A stretch of DNA of 64,000 nucleotides from Eledone cirrhosa. Lineage: Eukaryota. The stretch is taken from the NCBI GenBank assembly GCA_964016885.1, contig OZ024743.1, forward strand, positions 57,970,001-58,034,000. Reading direction: 5' to 3'. A program made the position numbers and the translations under genes. Under the pieces are notes generated by a model. It was not told where the DNA came from. It did not search any database and saw nothing but the letters and a program-made list of their open reading frames with translations. This document shows, piece by piece, positions 40,500 to 54,000 of this stretch (positions within the stretch are counted from its first letter, which is position 1; each line of letters begins with the position of its first letter).

Positions 40500-40659
40500 G
40501 GTGCTTCGTGATTTCTGACGGCGAGCTTCCAGTTATTTGATGAACAGAACAGCCTGTTGGTGAAATCAACGAGGAAATAGCTGAACCTTCTACTACTGTC
40601 ATCTGCACACTTGTTAGTGTAGTGTTATTTAGAGGAAATAACGCCAATTTGTAGAATAA

Positions 40660-41062
40660 TTGTTTCTACTTTTGGCACAAGGCCAGCAATTATCCCAGTA
40701 CATTACTGGTACTTTATTTCATCGACCCCGTAAGGATGAAAGGCAAAGTTAACCGCGGCGGGATTTGAACTCAGAGTGGCAAGGGCCGTAAGTATGCGTC
40801 AAAGCATGGCGTCCGACCCTCTACCGATACTGCCAATCCACCTGATTCATATAGAACTACGTTCTATATACTCCCCACTGGACAGGGCGGCAGTCCATCG
40901 CAGTGTTAAACCCCCAGCTATTGCTGGTACTCATTTTCAGTTGAGTGTACTGGAGTAACGAGAAATGAAGTATTTTGCTCAAGAACGCAACCCAGACCAG
41001 GAATGGAACCAATGACATTATGATCGTAAGTCCAACACGCTCACCGCTAGGCCACGCTCCTC
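40660..41062 (-). mobile_element. Two adjacent SINEs: Nin-type (40660-40842) and CORE/OR-type (40862-41062)
   Basis: tRNA-like heads on the minus strand (tggcagtatcggtag/gttcaaatcc; gtggcctagcggt/ggttccattcc) and a ttcttgagcaaaatacttc core. Confidence 0.7.
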
Positions 41063-41388
41063 TACATAGTTTAAAACGCGTAGTTTAGTTGTTCCGGAGA
41101 TAATTTTATGCAGAAACATATTAGGGAAGTACTTTTCAAGTTTTATTTTAAGGACATTTTAGAACTGAATAAATCTTTGATGTAGGTGCTATGACCCAGT
41201 GTTTGATACTCTCTGAGTCTGAGAAGCCTTTGTAATGGCTATTAACAAGAATTACGAGTCTTTCACGTCATTCAACCATTATTTGCCATGTATGCCCATG
41301 TATTATTAGACACAATATGTAACTTATTGCATAAAGTTAGATTTAGGACTAGCAAAGCAGGCGTTAAGTGCATGTTAAATATAATCAG

Positions 41389-41657
41389 CTGTTCTTCTTT
41401 TTGGATACTGGTCACCGTTGTTCTGAGAGTGGGATTGGTCTAGTGCAAGGCATCTCTTCACTTAAAAGAGCTTTAGACACAGGCATCAATTGTTCTAAAC
41501 ATCTTTCACGTGTGTTGCGTGAGCTTGGCCTTTTCTTTTTTCTTTCGCTCCAGCATATGCAGAAAGGCAACTAAGTCCTAAAAGATCACATTCCTTCCAA
41601 CCATGTATGAGAAAAAGGTCAAGAGATGATAATTCTCGAAACTGTGATGCAGCCCTT
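41389..41657 (+). mobile_element. Diverged non-autonomous RTE-derived element with (TGTA)n tail
   Basis: tgttcttctttt..gagagtggga.tgg..gtgca..cact..aaaag..gcacaggcat matches 22150-22245; ends gcagccc + (tgta)n. Confidence 0.6.
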
Positions 41658-43008
41658 ATGTATGTATGTATGTATGTATGTATGTATGTATGTATGGATG
41701 GATGGATGGATGGATGGATGTATATATGTATGAATGGTGGATGGATAGATGGTTGGATGCATGTTTGGATGTATGTATGTTTGGATGTGTGTATGGTCTG
41801 CGCTCATGTATTATATGAGTGTATTGTAACAATGTGTGCTACTTGTAAATCTATAGTAGAGAGCCAAAGAAACAACGTAGAGGTCAGTCATTTCCATCAC
41901 ATCACCAGATGAGTGTTGTGTTAACGCGTTGAAGGAAGTATTATCAGATAAGTACAAGAAAAATGAATAGGTTAACTGTTATCAAGGGAAATAACTCTTA
42001 TTCGTGGCATTTCCTTAGATATATTTATGATATTTAACTGAATTTCCTATCTCATATCAGTTAAATAACGTTTGGATAAAAAATAAAATAAAATGAAGAT
42101 AGAAGGATTGAATAGCAAAATAAACGGAAAGAGATATGGGGAGGTAGACTCTAAACCCTAGTTTAGGTGGTATATGTCAACTGCACCCCAAGACGAAATG
42201 GTAACGGCAATGCCGCGGAGAACAGCGAGAGACATCCATTGCATCAGCCACTACCCCCCACGTGGCTCCTTCCTCTGTAGAGATACACTCCATTCAATTT
42301 TGCGTAGAAAAGATCAGTTCGGGTGAAAGAACACCAGAGTTCTCAACGGCAACCGACACGAAAGTCAGGTTGTCAGCCAAATTCAATTATTTAGTTACTG
42401 GCAGCAGTGCTCGGGTTTAGAGAATACATTTAAATCGTTGCATCTTTATTTAACGTTATTTTTTTAGGGGTTCCTTTCAAATACGTTGACATGTTCCATA
42501 AAACCAGAAAATGTTTGCGACCGCTGCTCTCAAAAGAGTTAACGACACAAGTATCAGAAGAATTTGCACTATAATTCAATGAATAGGCAATTAAGGTAAT
42601 CGAACAATTGGATTGTAAATCATTGCAACCGATAGGAATCCATTTACTCTCGTGTCTCAAATAATCACGCCCCCATCCCCAACGCTATTCATTTTTCAGA
42701 TTTTTTCCACCACCCCTGGTTCCTATTCCGACCTCGCTCCGTTTATTAAATTTTGCCAATATATCTCTGGCGAAATATTATTTTGAGTTCTAGCATTCCC
42801 GCGACAATTACTTTTCTTTTTACATTAACAAAATATTATAGATAATAAAAAAAGGACTTTACTAGAAATCCCATACGATATAAAATAAATAGGATGGGTT
42901 GGGGGTCACAATATGCAAACTAAACGACTAATTCTGGTTTAAAAAAAATCAATGGAAACTACCGACAAAAATTACCGATCGAAAGCCCGCTTATATCCCT
43001 TCTATTAT

Positions 43009-44740
43009 CACCGTGTAACAAATTTTTTGTTCCTTCCCCGGTTCTAAGTGTCATTTCATGATTTGTTATATCCTATTATTATAAAAAAAAACACTATTAT
43101 TTAATCAGCAGTTTTGGTTCAGGAGTTTGATCAGGAGTTTGGTCAGGAGTTTGATATTTCGAAATTTTCATATTTTTCAAGAAAAAACACATTTAAAAAA
43201 AAATTTATCGGTTCATATAATTAAATCAACAGAGTATATATTTATTTTATTACACAAGCTTATCAAAAGCAAACAAGTAAAAACAAATAACACTTATAAA
43301 GCAACTTATACACGTCAGAAATGACTGGATTTCCTGGATTTGCGGTTGTAGTCCAGGTCGCATTCCCGCACTAGCCCCCAGATATAGTCCCCCATCATTC
43401 TTTCATTGTAGTGGCCCTGGTACCTCCGCTCTATCCCTTTCACATCTTGGTGGAATCGTTCGCCTTGTTCTTCTGAGTAGGCGCCCATATTGTCCTTGAA
43501 TTTTTCCAGGTGAGCGTCCAGCATATGGAGTTTAAGCGACATCCTGCATCCCATGGCACCAAAAGCCTTTATCAGATCCTGCACCAGTTGCTGGTAGTTT
43601 TCAGCTCTGTAGTTGCCCAGGAAGCCCTTAACAACTGCCTTGAAACAGTTCCATGCTGTTCTCTCAATCCTATTGAACTTATTGGAGGACTCGGTAGACT
43701 CAAACACCTTCTTTACCTGAGGTCCAACAAAAATTCCACCTTTGATTTTGGCCTCAGATAACTTGGGGAAGAACTCAAGAAGGTACTTAAAAGCGACTGG
43801 TTCTTGGTTGAGAGCCTTCACAAACTGCTTCATCAACCCCAACTTAATGTGCAGTGGCGACATGAGCACAATCCGGGTCCCAACTACAAATTCTGTTCGC
43901 TGCTCCCAGTTCTTTCTTTTGTAGTGGTCAGAGGTGGCTCTGCTGTCCCAAAGGCAGAGGAAGCATTGGAATTTGATAAAGCCTCTCTGGAGTCCACCAT
44001 CTTGAAGTCCCCAATAATTTCCCAATTGTACTGGTTGTATTGCAGAGCTTCCAAGAGGACTTTCACACTGTAGTAATCTTCCTTCAGACAGTTGAGACAG
44101 ACTGAATGAGCTAGGAGCAGTGTCGAGAACTTGTTTCCATTGTGGAGGAGGACAGCCTTCAAACTTGTGGTGGAGCTGTCTATAAATAGCTGCCACTCCT
44201 TGGGCACAAACGGCACCCCAATAACGTCAAACAGTCCGGGCACGTCATGGCAGAAGCAGAGGCCATCCCTAAGTATGTAAAAGCCTGAGCAAGGTTCGTG
44301 TCGACTTCTCCAACTTGTCACCTGCTCTTCCTCCTTGACCAAGTTCCACTGCTTCATCCTGGAGACGAATGCTTAAAACACAACTTACCCTTTATTCAGG
44401 GTTCAAAAATACAGTATCAATAAATCTCTTTAATCCACTTTTTAACAATTTTATACTTTATTGCACTTTTATAATCTTCTTTAGGTATTACTCTTTATTC
44501 TATAATTTTAATTTAACCTGAAACATATATAAAAAATCATTTAACATAAGCAAATTAAATTTACATACAACGTAAAATCCAGCATACAAATAATTCTAGT
44601 GAATAGCTTAGAATTTTTACAAACCCAAACTTTTAACTGTTTAATAGAACTTTTTTATTTATTTATTTGGGATCTAAGCAACACAAAAAAAGTGATTACA
44701 AGCCAGGAACAGAGAAAAATTATTTTTTTGTTACACGGTA
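43009..44740 (-). mobile_element. Chapaev3-like (CMC) DNA transposon, internally deleted
   Basis: Termini CACCGTGTAACAAA...TTTGTTACACGGTA with TAT on both sides (3-bp TSD). Confidence 0.75.
43315..44370 (-). pseudogene. Frameshifted Chapaev3-like transposase
   Basis: WQLFIDSSTTSLKAVLLHNG; PLHIKLGLMKQFVKAL; GIFVGPQ; MSLKLHMLDAH; SEEQGERFHQD; MMGDYIW. Confidence 0.8.
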
Positions 44741-45087
44741 TATTGGCGAGAGAACAAGAAAAATTATCATGAGTTATCTCCCATGATTACACTGATATTA
44801 TGGGAGATAACTGCTTATATATATTTTCCGGAATTATATTCCTTTACATTAAATGGTGCACTAATTGCTATCTGTACATACAGCACACGTTTTTAGCCGA
44901 AGCTCCAAGTAACGTGTATATAAACACATTTTAAAGAATGTAAACACGTCTTATATACACGTTGATTTGTAGATTAAAAGATAAACCGGCGTTTCTATCT
45001 TTTTTTAAAGCATTTCAGAAACTCTCTGTATCTTTCGCTATCTATCTAGCTAATTATTTATCTATCTATCTATCTATCTATCTATCT

Positions 45088-48000
45088 TCCCCACCCCGCC
45101 GGAAACCACCACCCATCCAGACAACCCCTCCAACACCCCCATGGAAATCGTGCGGCCTGGTCCCCAGGAGGCGAAGGGTGAGTGATCTCTTTTCCTCTTT
45201 TAACTTTTCAGCACCAACATGGCCAATATAAGAGTTGGATGTGTGAACGTACGCGGCCTGGGGATGCCCTGGAAACAGGGCAAACTCTTAAACGACCTCA
45301 GGTCGCACAGTTTGGATGTGGTAGCCATTTGCGAGTCCAGGATCCACGGCGAGCGACAGCTGGCCCCCATCTTCGATGACTTTGAGATCTACGCATCTCT
45401 CTGTCAACCGGGGGGTGGGGGCGGAGTTGCCGTTTTGCTGCGGAAACACCTGGGCCTCGTAACACAGACGGTACATCTGGACCCGGAGGGTCGACTGGTG
45501 GTCCTAGACGTTGACGGTAGTGAAGGTGGAGCGTTCAGGCTGGTGGCCGCATATGCCCCATCCGGGACACCGCGGCCAGACTTCTTCAAACGTCTAGAGA
45601 CTTTTCTGGGAACGTCCCGCTCCTTGCTTTTAGTGGGGGACTGGAATGGAATCCTAGATGCACGTTGGGACTATGTGGGAGCATGTCCCGATAAAGGGGG
45701 GTGTAACAGCCTCAAACAGTTAATCGACCGATTTGACCTGGCCGATAGATATCGACTAGATTTTCCGACTGCGCCACTGTGGACGTGGAGTAATCGTAGC
45801 GGAACATCTAGATCGTACCTAGATAGGGTTCTAGTTAGAAATAAGGATAGGGACATGTTAAGCTGTCCACAAATGTTCATGGTTGCCTATTCAGATCACA
45901 AACTAGTGACCTGCATGGCCAACCTTGATAGAACCCATAGACAAGGACCCGGCTACTGGAAGCTGAACTTGTCGTTACCGACAAGCAAAGCCTACAGTAG
46001 ACGGATTAGCACTTTAGTTAAACAGCACTTGACAGGGGCCATTGTCAACAACAGATGGTGGTACTCTCTCAAGAGGGCAGTTAGATTAGACTCGATAGTT
46101 TTTAGTAAAGAATTAGCGTTAGATAGAAATAGAACCGAGAAGGAACTGGTAGATAAAGTAGAAGAGGCTATTAGAAGTGGCAACGTAGCCAGCGTGCTAG
46201 CAACGAGAACGGCCTTGGACCAGTTCTTCGACGCAAAGCACGAGGGCTGCGTTGTCAGAAGCAAAATACGTGCTCTGGGAAACGAGGGAGCCAAAGCTGT
46301 TAGCTGGGCCCGAGTGACGGAGGCAAAAAGTGGCAACAAGTCCACGATTCGGTCTTTGAAGGACCAAAACGGACGCGTGATACGTGAGCCGAAGCAGATG
46401 TGTGCGGCTTTTCAGCGGCACTTTGCTCGGCTGTTCGGGGGGAGCGGCGCGCCGGGAGAGGCTATGGATTTCGGTCCATACCTCGACGGCCTACCGCGAC
46501 TCTCGGACAGCGAGGCGAAGTTCTGCGAAAAGCCGATTTCAGCCACTGAGATAGGGGACGCGCTGAGCCAATGCGGCAAACGCAAATCTCCAGGTCTCGA
46601 CGGTCTACCCTACGAATTTTACGTAGCAATGCCGGACTTATTCTCCGGTCTCCTGGAAGCGGTCTACTGCAACTGGCAACAGAACGGGAGAATTCCCAAT
46701 TCTGTAACCGGGGGCGTGGTCACACTAATCAGGAAGGACGAGAATAAGGGGGATGACATAGGCAACTTCCGGCCCATAACTCTGCTAAACACAGAGTTAC
46801 AGATTTTGGCCAAGGTGTTGGCAAAGAGGCTGGCGCTTGTCGTCGAGAACCTGGTGGGAGAAGCGCAGACATGCGCGATCCCGACCAGGTCCATACACGA
46901 CAACCTCCACCTCATGCGATACATCATAGAGAGGGTAGGGTGTAAACCCGGCTTCGGTGGGGCCCTGATCAACTTGGATCAGTCTAAGGCTTTCGATAGG
47001 GTTGACCATCGTTACCTGGATGCGGTGCTCGAGGCGGCAGGCTTCGGACCCGTGTTCAGGGGCTGGATTGCTGCAATGCACAACAGCAACATCTGCTCAA
47101 GGGTCAAGGTGAACGGTTACCTCTCGGAGCCGTTCCATATTACGCGATCCATTCGACAGGGATGCCCTCTCTCCTCCCTTCTGTACGTACTGACTCTCGA
47201 GCCACTACTGCGGAAGCTGGAGCTATTGCAGGGCATCCCTCTGGAACCGGGACTGCGGAAAGCGGCGTCGGCCTACGCCGACGACGTGACAGTAATGGTG
47301 TCGAGCGCCTCGCAAATCGAGGAAGTCGGCACCTTACTAAAGGAATACGAAAGTCTCACAGGAGCGAAGCTGAACCGGGACAAGTCCATCGGTTTGCAAC
47401 TCGGATCGTGGAGAGGCAGACCGATGCCTTCCGATGGCGTCGTCGGACGCTGGACGGAAGGACCGGTAAAGCTGCTCGGGGTCTGGTTTGGTCCGGACCT
47501 CCAGGTGGAGAAGAACTGGAACGAAGTGACGGCCAAGGTGTTTGCACTCACCCAGAAGTGGGCCGAGTGCAAACTATCCTTGAAAGGTCGAGCGGAGGTG
47601 GCGAACACTTTTATAGCGTCCGCCATCTACTACCGCTTGACCGTCGTGCCTTGTCCAGCCAAAACGCTCGCCAAAATGGAGCGCGCCCTCTTCCGATTCC
47701 TTTGGAAGAGGCGGGCTCCTTTGGTAAGAAGATCCATCTGCTGCCAACACCCTTCTAACGGAGGGCTGGGGATGCCGTGGTTGACGATGCGCAAACACGC
47801 GCTCAGGCTGCGGCATCTCTACGTATTCCTCACCGGACAACCGGTGTGGGCCCCGTTCGTGAGGCGAGCCTTCCCACGACTCGTCTCGCTGACCGAGCTG
47901 CAGTCCTGGGTCAAGCAGAGACCGAGGAAAATGGGCGACTGGCACATCGAATGTGCTCAGGCGCTCACAGCCCTCTGGCAGGCGGACCCGGCGATCAGTG

Positions 48001-48893
48001 GAGACTCCACTTCGTCATTCTATAGAGGGTTGGTCCGCAGCAAGTGCGACGACGCGCTCGGTGAAACTCTAGGCGTGGAGGAAGATGAACTGGCCAGTCT
48101 GTTCGGTAGGACCTTCCGCCCGGGACCGATGGACAACTTCCAAAAGTCCCTGGCCTGGCAGTGCTACCGAGGAGCTCTACCAGTTCGAGACAAGCTCTAC
48201 AGACATGGGCGCCCGGGCAGGGACCCTGCAAAAAAGATCTGTCCGAGGTGCGTGCGAGACGAAGAAACCGTCGCGCACGCATTCATACACTGCCCGGGCG
48301 TCACTGACCTGTGGGGCTATGTGGAACGACTATTGTCGCGGGTGGGACCAATCCAGTTGACCACCGAGTCCATTGTCATGATCAAACCGCCACCCTCCTT
48401 CAAAAACGAAGGAGAGGCGGTTTTCCTTTGTGTGATAGCTATGGCGAAAGAGGTTGTATGGTGGACAAGGTTGAAAGGGCTGAGGTCAGACACCTTTCTC
48501 TCCGGCCAACAACTGATTCTTTTTTCAAATACCACTTTGGAAGAAGAATCAGGATGGAGAGAGAGGTGCTGTACCCCAGCAAGTTTTATGAAAGGTGGGT
48601 GAAAGTGGCGAGAATGGCCCGAGTGAATGGGCCTTCTCTCTATATCAGCCTGTAGGTTGAGGAAAAGGAGGAGGAGAGGAAAGGAGTACAAGCTCTTCGT
48701 ACTCCTGGAGATGAGGGTTGCACATTTTTTTCGGGGGTCTGTGTTACCCATATAAACTGTCTCCCTCTATTGGGGAAAATCGACTAACTTTTAAATTCCA
48801 TCTGTGATAACATTTTACACGTTTTTATTGTATGTAAACTTCCCCCTTTGTATTTGTCCCCTTCTTTTGTGCCCCTGTGGCTAATAAAGAAAT
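45088..48893 (+). mobile_element. Tx1 stack copy 1 (5'-truncated in the ORF1 tail)
   Basis: (TATC)n on both sides; ORF1 end ...PGPQEAKG*; ORF2; 3' end tgtggctAATAAAgaaat. Confidence 0.92.
45219..48655 (+). CDS. Tx1 ORF2 (APE-RT-zinc knuckle) with a single frameshift near 48525
   Basis: GCVNVRGL, ICESR, GDWN, SYLDR, SDH, DQSKAFDRV, SIRQGCP, AYADD, CPRC..H...C; the C-terminus continues in the frame ending at 48655. Confidence 0.88.
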
Positions 48894-48894
48894 A

Positions 48895-48939
<45 letters not shown>

Positions 48940-49246
48940 CTCTTTCTGTCTAACGTGTGGAATATCGCCGGTAAGTTTTTTGTTAATTTCTATGCAAAAA
49001 ACCGATCTAATTGTTTGAAAAAAATACAACACTTTGTAGATTAACCCCCAAGCTGAATTGTCAGCTGGGTGGTAATCCCATTTTTCGCCCCTGTAGGGGC
49101 GAAAATTTTATTTAAAAGTTTGTCTTAAAATATCAAATTTTACAAAGTAAAAAAAAACTTGAGCAACACTAGAACGCTGGAGAACGTTAATAGTGAAAAG
49201 AGAGAGAAAGAGGCAGATATTAACGTTATATCTGCTTCTGCTGCTA

Positions 49247-51036
49247 TGGACGTTGCCATAGATACTGTCACAAAAGAAAAAAATATATCAACATTTGAAA
49301 ATGTTACAATTTCTACCGCCGAAGCGGAGAAAAATGACAATAACACACGGGAAAACACGGCAAAAAAACCCATTGACATACATACACATGAAAAAGACAT
49401 CAACAACTCTACAGATACATCTACACATAAAATTTCCAACAACGATAACATCATTATCAACAACAACAACACACAAAAAAAGAAAATGTCTTTTGCTGAC
49501 ACAGTCACCAAGAAACAAGATTTTATAAATCTTGATATCTCCAACGCAAGAGATATGCTCCAGCAAGGGAGAAAATGTGTAACTTTCGAAGAAAGAGGTG
49601 GGTTTAGAATTAACTCACCCCTTGAAATAAAGGAAGACACAAACCGCCGATCAGTCACTTTTAGGACTGTGTCAAATTCGTCAAGAAAACCGACATTTGT
49701 TAATCAGTCAGATATAGAAGATTCTTTCAAGGAGATTCTAGCAAATGTCGATTTTCTCCAGCGAGGAAAACAGTACGGAAGCGTTTCCGTACTGTTTAAA
49801 AGCGAGACACTGGCCCAAAAAAACTCTGTGACACCAATAGTGTCAAAAGCATACACCTTTTTCCCTACATACATGGGGAAAAGGACACAAAACATAAAAA
49901 TAAAAAACATACCTCCAAGCATTAACATCTGGTGGATCTTGGCTGGCTTCGTAGAGCCAGAAACAGACATAATACTTTCGATACGAAAATCCATTCGACA
50001 AAGGTGGGCGGGCACCGATTTGGAGATTCTGTTGCAAATGAAACCGGAGAGAATCTCCAAAATACCCGAAAGAGTCGTTATTGATAATAACAACAAAATA
50101 AACATTTCGGTAGAAGGAAGAAAATTTCACTGCTTTCGCTGTGGTAGCACATCTCACCTAAAAGCCTCTTGTCCACAAACACACAACAGCAACATCATAA
50201 AAAAAACGCTATTACCAACACCAACACCAAAACAACCACCACCACCACCACAAGTACAACGACAGACGAAACGAGCAACCACACCAAAACAAACAGACAC
50301 TCAACCAACAACAACAGAAAAAACAGAGACAACACCCCTGAAGAACACATCCCCACTCCATCCCACTCCATCAAACACTACCACAAACACACATACCGAA
50401 ACACCACCACCACCACACAACATACCCTTACCCCACACACCTGACGATGATTATTCATCGACGGATGAAGCTGCTTCTCCTTCTTTAAGTGAAGAAGAGG
50501 GAGAACCGCGGAAATCCAAAAAACAAAAAAAGAGACACCACAAAACCCCCAAAACTCCAATCACCAACACCAACACACAACCACAGACACAAACAACAAC
50601 ACAAACAACACCACAGTCAAACACCCCCCTATCAGCAAAACCAGCACCAACACCACCCCAAACACAAGCACCCACCATAAAAAGAAAACTCCCAGATGAA
50701 CAACAAACTAAAACAATACAACAAAAACACAAACAACAATACGCATACATCAACACAAACAACAAGAGTTTGATGGAGGTCATCTCCCAAAACCCCAAGG
50801 TGGAGACGGAGGGCAAAACTTTCGTCAAGGCAGAATCGTCTCCACACCTTAAACTTATAAAGGTTTCTATGGAAACCTATGAAGACCTGAAAATTAAATT
50901 TTCACAGGACGTGGGCAACCCCTGCCACAAACCCATCAACCGCGTCCTGTTGAAATGTTTCCCCACCCCACCCAACACCCCATCCAGCACCCAAATGGAG
51001 ATTGAACAACCCGATCTCCAGGAAACGAAAAGGTAA
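49247..51036 (+). CDS. Tx1 ORF1 (gag-like; CCHC knuckle; Pro/Thr/Lys-rich tail); first ATG used, frame open from about 49129
   Basis: CFRCGSTSHLKASC zinc knuckle; position upstream of ORF2; homologous remnants in copies 1, 3 and 4. Confidence 0.85.
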
Positions 51037-51077
51037 GTGCACCTTTCGTCCTTTTTCTCCAACTTTTCTTCACCAAC

Positions 51078-54000
51078 ATGGCTGGTTTACGAGTTGGAAC
51101 CGTGAATGTGCGTGGCCTAGGGATGCCCTGGAAACAGGGCCAACTTTTAAACGACCATAGGTCACACAGTATGGATGTGATAGCCATCACCGAGTCCAGA
51201 ATCCACAACAGGCAGCAACTAACCCCCATCTTCGACGACTTTGAGATCTACGCATCTCTCTGTCAGACAGGAGGTGGAGGTGGAGTGGCTGTTATGTTTC
51301 GGAAGAACCTGGACGTCGGAGTACAGCAAGTACACTTGGACCCGGAGGGTAGACTGGTAGTCCTAGACGTGAACAGTATCGGAGGTGGAGCCTTCAGACT
51401 GGTGGCCGTTTATGCCCCGACCGGGCAATCGCAATCACGGCCAGACTTCTTTAAGCGTCTAGAGTCTTTTCTGGGAACGTCTCGCTCCTTACTTTTAGTG
51501 GGGGACTGGAATGGTATCCTAGATGCACGATGGGACTATGTGGGAGCATGTCCCAGTAGAGCGGGGTGCAACAGCCTCAAAACTTTAATCGGCCAATTCC
51601 AACTGGCCGATAGGTATCGACTGGATTTCCCGACTGCACCACAGTGGACGTGGGTAAACCGCAGTGGGACATCTAGATCGTATTTAGATAGGTTCTTCAT
51701 TAGAGAAAGGGACAAGGATATGTTAAGCTGTCCACGAATGCACATGGTTGCCTATTCAGATCACAAGTTAGTCGTCTGCTTAGTCAACCGTGATAGAATA
51801 CATAGACAGGGTCCCGGATACTGGAAGCTGAACGTGTCGTTGCCGGCACGTAAAGCTTACAGTGAACGGATAAGTAAACTAGTCAAGCAACAGTTAACGG
51901 GAGCCATCGTCAACAATAGATGGTGGTACTCTCTCAAGAAAGCAATTAGAATAGAATCGATAGGGTATAGCAGAGAGTTAGCCTTAGAGAAAAACAGAAT
52001 AGAAAGAGAACTAGTAGCCAAGGTAGAGGAGGCACTTAGAAGTGGCAACGCGGCTAGAGTGTTAGCGTCGAGAACGGCACTGGACCAGTTCTTCGATGCG
52101 AAACACGAAGGCTGCGTGGTCAGAAGCAAAACACGTGCTCTAGGAAACGAAGGAGCGAAAGCTGTCAGCTGGGCCCGAGTGGCGGAGGCAAAAAGTGGCA
52201 ACAAGTCCACGATTCGGTCTTTGAAAGACCAAAACGGACGCGTGCTACTTGACCCCAAGCAAATGTGCGCGGCCTTTCAGCGGCACTTTGCGCGACTGTT
52301 TGAGCAGAACGACGGTGAGCCGAACGGGGAAATGGACTTTAGTTCATACCTCGACGGCCTGCCGCGTCTCTCGAACACGGACGCCGAGTTCTGCGAAAGA
52401 CCGATCACGGACACTGAGATACGGGACGCTCTGGGCCGCTGCGGGAAACGCAAGTCACCCGGTCTAGATGGTCTACCCTACGAATTTTACATAGGCATGT
52501 CGGACTTGTTCTCTGGCGTCCTCGAAGCCGTCTACTGCAATTGGCAGCAGAACGGGAGAATTCCCAGTTCTGCAGGCAAGGGCGTAGTAACGCTGATCAG
52601 GAAAGACGAGAACAAGGGGGACGAAATTAACAACTCCAGGCCCATAACTCTGCTCAACACAGAGTTAAAGATTTTGGCCAAGGTGCTAGCGACGAGGTTG
52701 GCGCTTGTCGTCGAGAACCTGGTAGGGAAAGCGCAAACGTGTGCAATCCCGACCAGGTCCATACACGACAACCTCCACCTCATGCGATACATCATAGAGA
52801 GGGTGGGTAGTAAACCCGGCTTCGGTGGGGCTCTGATCAACTTGGATCAGTCTAAGGCATTCGATAGGGTCGACCATCGATACTTGGAAGCGGTTCTCAA
52901 GGCGGCCGGTTTCGGTCCCGTGTTCAGAGGATGGATCGAGGCGATGCACACCAGCATCTGCTCGAGGGTCAAGGTGAACGGCTACCTATCGGAGCCGTTC
53001 GCAATCACGCGTTCCATTCGACAGGGATGCCCTCTCTCCTCCATTCTGTATGTATTGACTCTAGAGCCACTACTGCGGAAATTGGAGCTGTTGCAGGGCA
53101 TCCCCCTAGAACCGGGACTGCGCAAAGCGGCGTCGGCTTATGCCGACGACGTGACAGTAATGGTGTCGAGCACCTCGGAAATCGGGGTGATCGGCAACAT
53201 ACTGAAAGAATACGAAACGCTGACGGGAGCAAAACTAAACCCAGACAAGTCTGTCGGTTTGCAACTCGGTACGTGGAGAGGCAAACCGATGACATCCGAC
53301 AGCGTCGTTGGACGCTGGACGGACGGACCGGTGAAATTGCTCGGGGTCTGGTTCGGTCCAGACCTCCAGGTGGAGAAAAACTGGAACGAGGTCACGGCCA
53401 AGGTGTTTGCACTGACTCAGAAGTGGGCAGAGTGCAATCTGTCCTTGAAAGGTCGAGCGGAGGTGGCGAACACTTTCATAGCGTCCGTCATCTACTACCG
53501 CTTGACTGTCGTGCCTTGTCCCCGTGAACACCTCGCCAAGATGGAACGCATGCTCTTCCAGTTTCTGTGGAAGAAGCAGGCTCCGCTGGTGAGGAGATCC
53601 GTCTGCTGTCAGCACCCTTCCAACGGAGGGCTGGGTATGCCGTGGCTGATGATGCGCAAACATGCGCTGAGGTTGCGGCATCTCCAGGTATTCCTCACCG
53701 ACCCCCAACCGGTGTGGGCACCGTTTGTGAGACAGGCTTTCCCACAGCTCGTCTCGCTAACGGAGCTGCAGTCCTGGGTGAAGAAAAGACCGAAAACGAT
53801 GGGCGCCTGGCACATTGAATGCGCTCAGGCGCTCACAGTCCTCTGGCAAGCGGGCGCAGCAATCAGTGGAGACTCCACTTCGACATTCTATAGAGGGATT
53901 GTACGTTACAAGGGCGACGACGTGCTCGGAGAGACTCTGGGCGTCGAAGACGATGAGCTCACCAGTATGTTTCGTAGGACTTTCCGCCCGGGACCTATGG

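Noticed and set aside
42149-42424. Possible MITE with ctctaaaccc/gggtttagag ends
   Set aside because: Only about 10 bp of inverted match and no clear TSD.
45179-45211. Micro-intron fusing ORF1 to ORF2 in Tx1 copy 1
   Set aside because: Only about 33 nt long, and the AG acceptor is absent from the other three copies.
47162-47758. Alternative-frame and antisense ORFs overlapping Tx1/RTE ORFs
   Set aside because: Expected by-products of GC-rich coding sequence; no motifs and inconsistent extent among copies.
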